Shown here: in pieces, positions 40,834 through 54,944 of the stretch | How positions within the stretch are numbered: the first letter of the stretch is position 1 | Layout: each line of letters begins with the position of its first letter | NCBI GenBank assembly: GCA_951406725.2 | Contig: OX597836.1 | Span: forward strand, 18,352,001-18,416,000 | DNA from: Octopus vulgaris | Lineage: Eukaryota | Direction of reading: 5' to 3' | DNA: 64,000 nt | Made by a program: the position numbers and the translations under genes | Notes under the pieces: model-generated | The model's input: the letters and a program-made list of their open reading frames with translations, nothing else | Told to the model about the DNA's origin: nothing | Database searches by the model: none

Positions 40834-41012
40834 ATATATGTATAATTATAAAATTAATCGAAGAACATACGAAGTACGTCTGCCTGCTGGAAATAACAGT
40901 CAAATATCTTGTTTAGATCGCCGAAATACACTGATAATAACTACAGAAATCAACCATCCGAAGGCAAACGGACTAAGACAATCTCTCAGCTTACATTCAA
41001 GTAGCTGGACTC

Positions 41013-41063
41013 ACGCGGACCGGTTTCTGGACTGGCATAATAACCTCACCTTCATCAGCACGT
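41013..41063 (-). ncRNA. Type-I hammerhead motif, weak stem II
   Basis: acgug-CUGAUGA-AGG…CCA-GAAAC-CG-GUC-cgcgu. Canonical core, palindromic stem III ACCGGU. Confidence 0.6.
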
Positions 41064-41191
41064 TTGTACCACGATAGAGAGCTCCAACACGTCACGTTGA
41101 AGACTGCACTGCAGCTGATTCGTTTTGCGCCGAATCATACCAGCCACAAGTGTGAAAGTAATTTCAATAAGGAGCAAATAATTCACGACAA

Positions 41192-41822
<631 letters not shown>

Positions 41823-42043
41823 CATGAGAAAAAATACTTTGCGAAGATATCATTGACTCTATTATTATCTAGTGTAATAATTTAAAAATGATAGTAACAG
41901 AATCAATAAATATAGGCGATTGCAGGCCCAAAAACTATTAAATAACTGAATGATTAAAATTAATGAAAGGACATACTGGCGATTTAAATAACAGTTTTCA
42001 CTGTTATTTCCACCAGGAAGACATACATACATACATACATACA

Positions 42044-42112
<69 letters not shown>

Positions 42113-42113
<1 letters not shown>

Positions 42114-42316
42114 GAAAAATACAAACTGGGACAAGAACGTAAAACATTTAGAAGACGATACAAAAAACACGGACGGGACATTCGAAGCCTTCAATCTTCA
42201 GTCAAGAACCGGATCATCCTAGCAATTTCGGCTGATTAATCTTGAGATCGCTCCGATCCGGCCAGCCCCAAGGAAAAACTAAGCTACGAGCATTAGATTT
42301 CTTGGAAGAAGGATCG

Positions 42317-42320
<4 letters not shown>
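42113..42320 (-). mobile_element. Solo repeat of family E
   Basis: Reverse complement of 47120-47325, embedded in (TA)n. Confidence 0.85.
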
Positions 42321-42356
<36 letters not shown>

Positions 42357-42525
42357 ACGGACTTCCACACCGGTTCTCTCTGCGAAACTCGTCACGATGC
42401 ATTAGTCGCAAGTGGTCGTAGATCAGCACTGAACCCGAAATCAAGTAGTTGTGGAACGAACTTCTTAACCACACACCCAAGCCAGTACATATGGTTGCAT
42501 GCATATATGGATCTGTGTGTGTGTA

Positions 42526-42592
<67 letters not shown>

Positions 42593-43033
42593 GTATGTAT
42601 GTATCTGAAAATGGCGAACTAACGGGCCCTCTTTCACACGCACATACGTACTCTCTTACACACGCGCACCTTCGTTTTGGAATCACTTATACTTTGTAGA
42701 ATATCTTAGGATGTGTTCGTCTGGCTGAAAATAGCAACTAAATCTCTTTCATAGAGTACGCCGCAACCGTTTTAAATAAAGCAGTACATGAGAAAGGATT
42801 GTTATTAAGGTATGAGATAATACGAGATAGTTAAAAGCACGATGGTGTACGACTAAGCTATATATGTGATCAGAAGGTCTATTTTATCTGGTCTAACGCC
42901 AGGCTAAACAACTACTTCAATGATAACACCCACAACAACAACATTGGATATAAGATATGATAATATCTTATATTTTCCTAAAAGATTGCATGGATTATTA
43001 TCTGTGTCTAATTTAGTCCATTTACGTGACAAA

Positions 43034-43069
<36 letters not shown>

Positions 43070-43589
43070 GGTTTCTTCCATGTCCATTTTCGATTCATCA
43101 CTTCAGAGGCGTTGGGATTGGTAACAATGAATTTAATGAAGAATATATTCCTGCCGAATACATTTCTGTACTTGTGCCAATATCAAATACCAATGTATTA
43201 GCCATCAGCAAAAATGATGGCTGACTGGTTGACATCCATATTATCGGCTATTTGTCACAACATCGGAAAACAGTGAAGACGGGCTCTTCTGTTCTTTAAA
43301 CGTTAACTAAAATAAGTATCACACAACTGTGTCTGTCTATGTCGATTATTCGGTTATGTACTCTCTCCTATACAATTAATCACTGTGGTGCCAATGTCTA
43401 TAAATGGTACCACCATTATATGCCAAGATAAATATCAGTCCAATTCTGGGGTAGATTAAACAGACTTCACTCTTGCCAAGAATCGTAGCCATGTGTATAG
43501 CTAACAAAATTCTACACCAGAAAAGGCAGTAAGCTGGCAGAATCACAAGCGCGCCTTCTGAGTTCAAATCCCGCCCAGGTCGACTTTAC

Positions 43590-44040
<451 letters not shown>

Positions 44041-44855
44041 GACTCATCATTTCTTCCCTTACAGAAGCCAACAACAAAATTGTGTCAACCATGTTATAAT
44101 ATTGATCTTTATTGATTGCCATTGTTATTGGAGATCAATATGACAGGAATATTAAAGTACTTGACACGTCTCTTTTACATAAAATTCTTCTGCCAACAAC
44201 AATAAAATACAGTACCAGTTATATACTTGGGTCTATACTCCCTACTATAGTTCTCTCTTAAAATTCACTATATAACACTTGATTGATATTTTTTTTGTTT
44301 TACTTATTGGATCGATTATATCCAAAACTATTTCTCTGAATATGTGTTCTCCAATACGATTTGATCAATCTCAAAGATAATCATTATGCTATATATTGGC
44401 AGCATGTATTTATGAATTGAAAAATATCCAATACTTTTGTTTGTATCGATGTTTCGATGTTTCGATTACGCATTCCATTGGAGAATATGATGCCATTAAT
44501 TTATTTTTAATTGCGGCAAGTGGTTTCTGTCAGTGTCATGACTGACCTAGATTATCACTTCTGTGGAAGAATTATTATCAACTAATGGCATTGAGGCTCA
44601 CGTTGTTCTTGGTGTTCTTTTTGTTGTTTTTTTTTTCCATTTTATCAGCTCCATGTTTACATTCAGCTAAATTTGGTTTTACCAAGGCTGGACACACTTA
44701 TCTGTCTCTTTGTTGCACACATTGCAAAATCAACAAACGTAAATGCATGGTGCTTGCATTAAATGGCACATATTGGCACATAATCAATAAGCACAGGCAG
44801 GATCGTGTAATTAAGAAGCTTGCTTCCTAACCATGGAGTCCTCGGTTCAATCCCA

Positions 44856-45087
44856 AGGCGGCGAGCTGGCAGAACCGTTAGCACGACGGGCGAAATGGCT
44901 AGCGGTATTTCGTCCGCCGTTACGTTCTGAGTTCAAATTCCACCGAGGTCGACTTTGCCTTTCATCCTTTCGGGGTCGATTAAATAAGTACCAGTTATGC
45001 ACTGGGGTTGATATAATCGACTTAATCTGTTTGTCTGTTCTTGTTTGTCCCTTCTGTGTTTAGCCCCTTGTGGGTAGTAAAGAAATA
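44856..45087 (+). mobile_element. SINE family B nested in the B box of a family A copy (44790-45130)
   Basis: TSD GGTTCAATCCCA at 44844-44855 and 45088-45099. Confidence 0.9.
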
Positions 45088-45282
45088 GGTTCAATCCCAC
45101 TACGCGGCAACTTGGTCAAGTATTTTCTACACCACCCGTCCACACTTTACTGTGATCAAGCCCCGCTTTCTAGATCAACTCTTACTAGATTTCTCTCGAA
45201 ATTCTTCTAGCCATTTCTCATTGTCTCTTTTAAAAGGAAATCTGGTGGCTGGCCTTCTTCACTGTAGCTTTTATATCTCTCA

Positions 45283-45492
45283 TACTCTTTTACTTGTTTC
45301 AGTCATTTGACTGCGGCCATGCTGGAGCACCGCCTTTTAGTCGAGCAAATCGACCCCGGGACTTATTCTTTGTAAGCCCAGTACTTATTGTATCGGTCTC
45401 TTTTGCCGAACCGCTAAGTGACGGGGACATAAACACACCAGCATCGGTTGTCAAGCAATGCTAGGGAGACAAACACAGACACACAAACACAT

Positions 45493-45527
<35 letters not shown>

Positions 45528-45692
45528 CATATATACGACAGGCTTCTCTCAGTTTCCGTCTACCAAATCCCCTCACAAGGCATTGGTCGGCCCGGGGCTA
45601 TAGCAGAAGACACTTGCCCAAGATGCCACGCAGTGGGACTGAACCCGGAACCATGTGGTTGGTTAGCAAGCTACTTACCACACAGCCACTCC
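45283..45692 (-). mobile_element. SINE family A
   Basis: Full-length homology. Confidence 0.92.
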
Positions 45693-45694
45693 AT

Positions 45695-45920
45695 GATAGT
45701 ATTTGTTTTGCGTTGAGTTAGGCCTCGCCTAGCAACAACAACCATTGCCTCATACTGCTTCCAAGGAATCATATACGTCCAACTTCGGACTGGATAATAT
45801 TCTGGTTTCCAGCCTGTGTCTTCACATTCTTCGATGAGACGTTCATATCGATCGATATTTTGCGTCCGAGCGGCGTCCATGTTATCTTCATGGGAAACCG
45901 TCAGCGCAACCAGGTTGTTG
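45695..45920 (-). mobile_element. HERO/R2-like LINE RLE-domain remnant
   Basis: LVALTVSHEDNMDAARTQNIDRYERLIEECEDTGWKPEYYPV matches the ELTVPWE…KY..L…C…GW…PVEVG pattern. Confidence 0.75.
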
Positions 45921-45950
45921 CTGTTTTTGTTGTTGTTGTTCTTCTTCTTT

Positions 45951-46021
<71 letters not shown>

Positions 46022-46322
46022 TATTATTATTATTATTTGGCCTCGATAAATGTGCACAAGCTATATTCTTTTGATGCGACAGACTTTACTGTAACTGGTA
46101 TTTTCCCTATCTTCCTGTAAACATTTTAAGTTCCTTTACTGATCGTTTCAAGTGCTCCCACAGTCAATGGTTTTGTAACAGTTTTTAGAGTATGGGAAAG
46201 GGAACCAATTTGGTGGAACAGACCAAATTCTACAAGTTTGTAAATACATTCAATAGAAGGTAAGGAGATCAGTAATGGGCATTCCTGTGCGATTAGGGAA
46301 CAAAAGAGGCCTCACACCCTTG

Positions 46323-46383
46323 AGGTCAGCAGAGGTCAAATGTGTTTACTACTACTAGTGATCAATGACAGTGCTGACCTTGG
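46323..46383. promoter_or_regulatory. Candidate nuclear-receptor/forkhead enhancer cluster
   Basis: Perfect DR4 AGGTCAgcagAGGTCA (46323-46338), TGTTTAC (46343-46349) and TGACCTTGG (46375-46383) in non-repetitive DNA. Confidence 0.35.
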
Positions 46384-46423
46384 TCTTTAATTACTGATAG
46401 AAAAAAATTTATATACATACATA

Positions 46424-47339
46424 TACATTCGAGGCTTTCTTCCAAGGAATCTAATGCGCTTGGCTTAGATTTTCCTTTGGGGCTGGCCAGATCAGAGAAA
46501 TCTCAAGATTAAACTGCCGAAATTGCGAAGATGATCCGGTTCTTGACTGAAGATTGAAGGCTTCGAATGTCCCGTCCGTGTTTTTTGTATCGTCTTCTAA
46601 ATGTTTCACGTTCTTGTCCCAGTTTCCATTTACATATATATATAGCGGCGACGTACCCTTTTTGATCCTATACATAAGTATATATTCTTTAACACATGGT
46701 ACGACTCTGCAACACTGTCTCTCTCCTCCCTCTCCTACATTTCTCTGCCTTTTACACTTTGCACTCCACTTGATCTGTCTCTTTCTCTCTCTCTCTCTCT
46801 CTCTTCTCCTCCTCCTTTGTTCCTTGTTCCCCTTCTTTCTCTCTTCATCTGTCCCTCTTTTCCTCTCTGTTTCCCTCACGTGACTAGCCACCGATTGCTG
46901 GCCTTTCGTGTCCAGCAGCCGTTGCGTCAAGACACACTTTTTTGTCTCTCTGTAGCCCTAAGGCTTCTAACGCCAGCTCAAAAATTGACTCGTCCTGTCG
47001 AAAAGACGCTTGTCTGTGACGTCCTGTTTTTGTTGTTATCATTATTATCATTATTGTTTTTACGTATTTTTGTATTCTTATTCGTGTAACATCGTCCGTT
47101 TTTCCGTCCTTGTTTTGTATACATTCGAGGCTTTCTTCCAAGGAATCTAATGCGCTTGGCTTAGATTTTCCTTTGGGGCTGGCCAGATCGGAGCAATCTC
47201 AAGATTAATCAGCCGAAATTGCGAAGATGATCCGGTTCTTGACTGAAGATTGAAGGCTTCGAATGTACCGTCCGTGTTTTTTGTATCGTCTTCTAAATGT
47301 TTCACGTTCTTGTCCCAGTTTGTATTTTTTTTTTCGATT

Positions 47340-47340
<1 letters not shown>
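46424..47340 (+). mobile_element. Non-coding partial-tandem element family E (~200-bp direct repeats, 696-bp period)
   Basis: 46424-46625 is repeated at 47120-47321 around a CT-rich interior. Solo copies of the repeat lie at 4440-4641(-) and 42118-42320(-), all abutting (TA)n. Confidence 0.8.
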
Positions 47341-47392
<52 letters not shown>

Positions 47393-47619
47393 AAAAATAA
47401 GTCAAGATAGAAAATGCTAAAAATTTTATAAAAAAACATTTCAGTACCGGTTTGAGTCATTGTGACTTTTTCAACTGTAACAATTAAACAACTAAATTTA
47501 GAAAAATTAAAAGAAAAGTTTTTTTTAAAGTATATTTGTATAGTGTTCAAATACAAGTGGCATTTTCCTTGTTTCTGCCTGTCTCTGTCTCTCTTGTTTA
47601 TTCTTGTTTACAAGTCAGG

Positions 47620-47860
47620 ACGCCATGATAGATCGTTAGCTCCTACACGCATTTTTTCTCTCCTTTTTTTCCTCTCCTTTTTCTCTCTCCTTTTTTCTCT
47701 CTTTGTTTCTCTCCTTGTTTTTTTTTTCTGTGTATCTTTCTGTCGAAGAGCGTAGGCTCGAAACGTAAAAGACGTTTTCTATTCCTGAGCGCTATACTAA
47801 TACATTTGTTTGTTTGTACTCCACCTGCCTTCGTCTTTTGTTTATTTTCGTAAACTTTCC

Positions 47861-47865
<5 letters not shown>
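47620..47865 (+). mobile_element. Short PLE-type terminus family F with variant hammerhead (47735-47772)
   Basis: ucuuu-CUGUCGA-A-GAGC(GUAG)GCUC-GAAAC-GUA-aaaga. Homologues at 49826-50030(-) and 53590-53810(-). Confidence 0.65.
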
Positions 47866-47926
<61 letters not shown>

Positions 47927-47988
47927 AATAGATGAGTGTATTTTACCTTGTTAACAATTAACACGGATAAATGAATAGTTACCAGGGC

Positions 47989-48076
<88 letters not shown>

Positions 48077-48459
48077 GCTCACATCGCTGAATTTTTGAAT
48101 TTCTGGCTTTTATCATTATTATTGTTGTTGTTGTTGCTGTTGCTGTTGTCGTCGTCATCATTGAGCTGGCAGAATCCTTACCACGCCACCAAAATGTTTA
48201 GCAACATTTCTTTTGACTCTGTGCGATCTAATTCCAAATTTCGCCGGAGTCGACTTCGATTTTCCTCACTTCAGATGATGGCTGCTGTTTTTGTTGTTAT
48301 TACTTATGTTACTGTATATCCATAATTACATTTACTCGATATATCGTTGCTCTCATAATGCATTTAAAGTGTCGATTGAGGCTATTTCTCGCATGCGGTG
48401 GAAGCGAGCGCGAACAAACCACGCACGCACACACAAACACATATATGTATGTATATGTT

Positions 48460-48511
<52 letters not shown>

Positions 48512-48737
48512 GGACAAATAAGTGTAATTGGATTAGTGTGTTTAAATGTTGAGTGTGGCACCGGCTCAGTTTAGGTTACCTGTTGTCATCTACAGTCGTG
48601 GTACACTTCTGTTGGTTATAGTTCAGGAAGTCTGCAGTGGCAGTGAGAGTGATAATATCAATGAACAGGAAATGGATTTGGTATTTCGGAGATGCACCTG
48701 TCTGGCTAGTCATTTGATGTAACATCGTGTGTTGAAA

Positions 48738-49172
48738 AAGGCGGCGAGCTGGCAGAAACGTTAGCACGCCGGGCGAAATGCGTAGCCGTATTTCGTCTGC
48801 CGCTACGTTCTGAGTTCAAATTCCGCCGGGTTCGACTTTGCCTTTCAGGGTCAATAAATTAAGTACCAGTTACACACTGGAGTCGATGAAATCGACTTAA
48901 TTCCTTAATCTGTCCTTGTTTGTCCTCTCTGTGTTTATCCCCCTGTGGGTAGTAAAGAAATAGACATAAGTGTTTCGTCTGCCGCTGCGTTCTGAGTTCA
49001 AATTCCGCCGAGTTCGACTTTGCCTTTCATCCTTCCGCGGTCGATTAAATAAGTAACAGTTACGCACTGGGGTCGATATAATCGACTTAATCCGTTTGTC
49101 TGTCCTTGTTTGTCCCTTCTGTGTTTAGCCCCTTGTGGGCAGTAAAGAAATAGGTATTTCGTTTGCCGCTAC
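48738..49172 (+). mobile_element. SINE family B head-to-tail multimer (2 units plus start of a third)
   Basis: The tail …GTAAAGAAATAG runs directly into the internal TTTCGTCTGCCGCT at ~48972 and again at ~49153. Confidence 0.88.
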
Positions 49173-49291
49173 CTTTTATTGGATAAAACCTATTTTTCGA
49201 CCCATCAATCTGAGATCCAGAATGATGGATCTAAACATATGCTGTACACAATAAAGATTTAATACCGAATCCATCTCCTGTTAATTAATAT

Positions 49292-49327
<36 letters not shown>

Positions 49328-49379
49328 AGTGTGTGTGTGTAGAGGTGTGCAAGTATGTATTTGTATATATACATTCATT

Positions 49380-49770
49380 TATTCTTTTATTTGTTTCAGT
49401 CATTTGTTGGGGCACCACCTTCAAGGGTTCTATTCGAACAAATCGACCACAGGACTTATTTCTTTAGCCTAGTACTTATTCTATCGGTCTCTTTACCGAA
49501 CTGCTAAGATTCAGGGACGTAAACACACCAACACCGTTTGTCAAGCGGTGTGATGACAAACAGACACAAAGACACACACGCAAACATAGATAATTACAAA
49601 CACATACACAAGCACGGCGGGCTTCTTTCAGTTCCTGTCTACCAAATCCACTCACTAGTCTTTGTTCGGCACGAGGCTATAATAGAAGTTATCTGTCCAA
49701 GGTGCCATGCAGTGGGTGTGAACCTGGACTCATGTGGTTGGGAAGCAAGTTTCTTCCCACACAGCTGCAC
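49380..49770 (-). mobile_element. SINE family A (older)
   Basis: Diverged homology across head, body and tail. Confidence 0.85.
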
Positions 49771-49783
49771 AAGTGTTTGTTTA

Positions 49784-49825
<42 letters not shown>

Positions 49826-49830
<5 letters not shown>

Positions 49831-50030
49831 GAGAGTTTACGAAAAAGACGGAAGACGAAGACAGGTGGTGTACAAAACAAACAGATGTATTAGTATAACG
49901 CTCAGGAATAAAAACTGTCTTTTACGTTTCGAGCCTACGCTCTTCTACAGAGAGGGACACAGAAAAAAACAAGGAGAGAAACAAGGAGAAAGAAATGTGT
50001 GTAGTGGCTAACGATCTATCATATATAGCG
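49826..50030 (-). mobile_element. Family F copy with variant hammerhead (49918-49954)
   Basis: cucu-CUGUAGA-A-GAGC(GUAG)GCUC-GAAAC-GUA-aaag. Flanked by (TA)n on both sides. Confidence 0.65.
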
Positions 50031-50032
50031 TC

Positions 50033-50208
<176 letters not shown>

Positions 50209-50354
50209 GAGGTTACTTTCTGGAGTCCCTGTTGATATTTTGTCTAACTCACGAAAATTTGCAACACGAGAATAAAAGACTTAAGTTTGTTCGGTAAACG
50301 AAACTGAGACCTCAAGACAGGTAACAATCTCAATAGTAGTAGTAGTAGTAGTAA

Positions 50355-50417
<63 letters not shown>

Positions 50418-50602
50418 CAGCAGTAGAAACTTTCTCATGTTTTTTTTATTAAAGATGGTCAACACGTTCTTTGATTTAATTAGTTTACAAACTAAAGATT
50501 TTGAATAGAAAGACTCTGCAGGTAATGTTTGGAAATACATAAGACTTTTATTCTAATTTTTATATATGTGTATATATGTATGTATGCATGTATGTATGTA
50601 TG

Positions 50603-50651
<49 letters not shown>

Positions 50652-51341
50652 ATATATATAAATGTATGTATGTGTATATATGTATGTGTGTGTGTGTGTG
50701 TACACATATATGTAAGCGAATATGAATTACTACACAGGTGTGCTACATACCTGTAGGGTGTGTGTATGTGTGTATGTGTGTACGCTTGAGTGTCTCTTGT
50801 GTGCAGGAAATGCTTTCTGCGTGTGACGTGTGTAGGAAATGTTTATGTGTGCGAAGGTGTAGGGATTGTGAGTGAGAAAATGGGGCGGTAGTTTTTTCTA
50901 TGGTCGTTCATTATGGGTGTTTTAATATCGTATTCATCTTCTTTGCTTATAATTTCATACTGTCATTTGTGTTGTTGTTGTCGCTGCTCTGCTTGTTGTT
51001 GCTTTTCTATACACTCCCAAACACACACATACACACGTGTGTGTATGTGGATGTACGTATGTATGTATATATTTATATATATGTTTATATTTATATTTAT
51101 GTTTATCAAACTTGTATTCATTTACTGAAACGTGTATATATACATATATATATACATATAGATATACATATATATACACAATTATTTTCTTGCGTAACTG
51201 TGTCAATTCGTTCATGTTGCTACTGATATTAATGCTTGTGCATCTGTATACGTACGCATGTATGTATGGTTTATATATAAACACACACTTAAGAATATAT
51301 TTGTACATACATATACATGCATATGTACATACATATATACG

Positions 51342-51388
<47 letters not shown>

Positions 51389-51482
51389 ATCTTTGTGTGT
51401 GTATGCATATAATATATATATACAGGTATGTAGCACACCTGTGTAGTAATTCATATTTACTTACATATATGTGTACACACAC

Positions 51483-51555
<73 letters not shown>

Positions 51556-51621
51556 CATATATACATACATCTTCATCACGGCTGGTGGTTTTGAAGTTTT
51601 ATTAAAATTTATATATAAATA

Positions 51622-51693
<72 letters not shown>

Positions 51694-52329
51694 CGTCTCT
51701 GTGCGTGCGTGTAGCATATTTTTTGCTAATATTGTTGTTAGTTAACTTAAATTATTTTTCCATCATTATACTTGTATCAATGTCCCTATTGTTTTTTTTA
51801 TGGTTATTTGTAATTTTATTACTTTCTAAGATTTTTCTCGTACCTGACTTTACGACTGTTGTTCTTCTTCTTCTTCTTCTTCTTCTTCTTCTTCTTCTTC
51901 TTCTTCTTCTTCTTGGCGTCGTCGTCGCCGCAGTTGTCGTTCTTGGTGCTGGATTGTTGATGTCTTCACATATATTCTCCAGTTATCTACCTATGTTCTT
52001 CTTCTAATTGTTGTTGTTGCTGTTCTTGCTGCCTTAACCATCGCGTTGGCTGTTGATGATTCATACACATACCTAGTATCATTCATGTTCGTGTTGTTGA
52101 CATTGTTCTTGTTGTCTCACTCCGGGAGATTTTTTTATTTATGTTTCATTTGTTTTTGTTTTCCTGTTGTTTTTCCTGGACTTTTTTTAGCGTTCCTTCT
52201 CCTTACTCTTTTATTTAACAATTCTTAATTTCACTTATTGTCTAACAACTGTCATAGCGACTGAGGGTGTCGAGGCGTTACAGGATAAATGTATTCTGTA
52301 TATATTTATATGTATATACATATATGTGC

Positions 52330-52374
<45 letters not shown>

Positions 52375-52547
52375 CACACTCACGCATATGTATATAAATA
52401 TGTTGGAGAGAGGGAGAGAGAGAGATTGATAAATAGATAGATATATACATACATATAGATAGGTGTAAGAAAGTATAGATATAGACGTGGGTGTTTGTGC
52501 GTAAGGCATATGTCTATGTAATAATATGATATAATATATATATATAA

Positions 52548-52628
<81 letters not shown>

Positions 52629-52637
52629 AACAAATAC

Positions 52638-52675
<38 letters not shown>

Positions 52676-52996
52676 TATGTGCATATATATTAATTTACAC
52701 ATGTGTGTATGCACATACATACATATAAGTAAGTATATATGCTCATATATGGATATATGTATCTTGCATATGTATGTATATCTGTGGGTGCGTAAGAAAT
52801 ACGTGTATACTGTTACCTAGGTAACTAGATAATTAAATATTCTGAACTGTGTACCTCCAGACAGGTATCTTGGAATGTGTGGGAAGTCCGAAGGCATTAC
52901 TCGGAAACGAACATGAAATGGCTAATTATCTAAACCCAATAAACATACATGCGCAGTAGACATACATATATGCATATGCATCCTTGAAAACGCACA

Positions 52997-53044
<48 letters not shown>

Positions 53045-53111
53045 GAGAGAGAGGGGGGAGAAGGAGAGAGAGATGGAGAGAGAGAAAGAGAGAGATAGTG
53101 AGAGTAATGAT

Positions 53112-53260
53112 TTTGTGGTAAGAAGCTTGGTTCCCAAACATATAGTTCCAGTTTCAGTCCCATTGCGTGTCACCTTGGGAAAATGTCTTCTACTATAGCC
53201 TCTGACCAGCCAAAGCCTTGTGAGTTGATTTGGTAAACAGAACCGAAATAAATCCGTCGC

Positions 53261-53306
<46 letters not shown>

Positions 53307-53560
53307 GTATGTATATATATATGTATGTATGTATGTATGTATGGATGGATGGATGGATGGATGGAATTTATGTCTGTGTTTGTCCCCAACCATCACTTGA
53401 CAACCGATGTTGGTGTATCCAAGTACCCGTAAATTTGCGGTTCAGCAGAACAAACATCCCGATAGTATAAGTACTGGGCTCACAAAGAGTAAGTTCTGGA
53501 GTTGATATTTTTGAGTAAAGGTAACTCTCCAGTATGGCCGTAGTCAAATGAATGAAAAGA
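53112..53560 (+). mobile_element. SINE family A (older)
   Basis: TGTGGTAAGAAGCTTG…TTCAGTCCCATTGCGTGTCACCTTGGGAAAATGTCTTC… through to the tail. Confidence 0.85.
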
Positions 53561-53589
53561 ATACGATAAAAAAAGAATATATATATATA

Positions 53590-53810
53590 TATTGTTCAAA
53601 TTTACAAAAAAAAAAAACGAAAGATGAAGACAGATATAGGAACAACAAGCAGGTGTATTAGCCTAACGTTCGGGCAAAATGGAACAATCTTTTACACTTC
53701 GAGCATACGCTCTTCGACAGAAAGGAATGAGGGGAAAAATGGAGAGAGACCGAAAAAAAATACGGTGAGAGAAAAACTGTGTGGAATTCAATGGTCCAAC
53801 ATTGCGGTAT
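53590..53810 (-). mobile_element. Degenerate family F copy
   Basis: Reverse strand reads CTTTCTGTCGAAGAGCGTATGCTCGAAGTGTAAAAGA. Confidence 0.55.
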
Positions 53811-54143
53811 TACTAGAAGAAAGGAGATAATAATACAGAGTGATCCCAACGAACCAAGGTGCGCGAGTATATGTGTCTATGTCAGAATGCTATGTGTGAA
53901 TGGAGCGATTGAGTCTGATGTGCGTGTGTAAGGTGAGCGTGTGTGTGTTGTGAGTACTAGTTGATGTGTGCTTTTTCAAGTGGTGTGTGCACAAGTTTAT
54001 GTGTGTGTGTGACCAAATAGTGTGCATCTGTATAGTGTATGTTTGTGGGCAGCAGTTATCTTTGTCTATGCGTGTTGCGTGTGTGTGTATATATTTTCTG
54101 TGTCCAGGTATTATGTGCTTATACACACCCACACCCACACACA

Positions 54144-54175
<32 letters not shown>

Positions 54176-54180
<5 letters not shown>

Positions 54181-54814
54181 CTAATATAGGATAAAATTTT
54201 TCTCGAAAATCAATATCTTATCAATGGCCAGCATATCAAGAAATACCTTAAAAGGTTAAATTTATCAATAATTTACAAAATAAGAGCAAAAGAAAAATTC
54301 TAATGCCAAATATGCCGAGAAAAAGACAAACATTGTCAATAACCATTATAATTTATGCGTCTCGAAACAAACCGATAGAAATTTTTTTTTAATCCGTTAT
54401 TACCGTATTGGTCCCAATTTCGGGGTGAATTCATAAGAATTTTCCCCTCTTCAGCGATAAATACGTGAGATATAAGTGAAATACTTACTCATACCCATGG
54501 AAAAAGGCAAGTACTAAGTCCTGAGCAGACCTAAGTACCCCAAATATATCCAAAATAGAAAATCTTCGGCACGTCTCGAGACACGTGTGATTCGAACTAG
54601 AAACTTTCACAGAGTGAGAGAATCCGGAAGTGAACACTATAACTAATGTAGGATAAAAAATTTTCGGGACAAAAATGTTATCAATGGCCAGCATATCAAG
54701 AAATAGCTTTAAAGGTTAAATTTATCAATAATTTACAAAATAAGGGCAAAAGGAAAATTCTAATGCCAAATATGCCGTAAAAAAGACAAAAATTGTCAAT
54801 TAACCATTATGATT

Positions 54815-54817
<3 letters not shown>
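54176..54817 (-). mobile_element. Non-coding partial-tandem element (462-bp period, ~1.4 copies) with hammerhead; retrozyme-like or non-autonomous PLE
   Basis: 54176-54355 is repeated directly at 54638-54817, flanked by (TA)n on both sides, with an HHR in the unique part. Confidence 0.75.
54401..54459 (-). ncRNA. Canonical type-I hammerhead ribozyme motif
   Basis: uaucg-CUGAAGA-GGGG(aaaauucuuaugaauuca)CCCC-GAA-AUUGG(GA)CCAAU-A-cggua. All three stems pair and the triplet is AUA. Confidence 0.85.
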
Positions 54818-54884
<67 letters not shown>

Positions 54885-54910
54885 CATACATACATACATA
54901 CATACATACA

Positions 54911-54944
<34 letters not shown>

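Noticed and set aside
46189-46265. Possible small exon ending at AG|GTAAGG
   Set aside because: Only one short open frame with no recognisable peptide. Splice-like motifs alone are insufficient.
46540-46580. CUGAAGA…GAA in family E as a hammerhead
   Set aside because: It lacks a proper GAAA/stem III/stem I arrangement, so it is not counted as an HHR.
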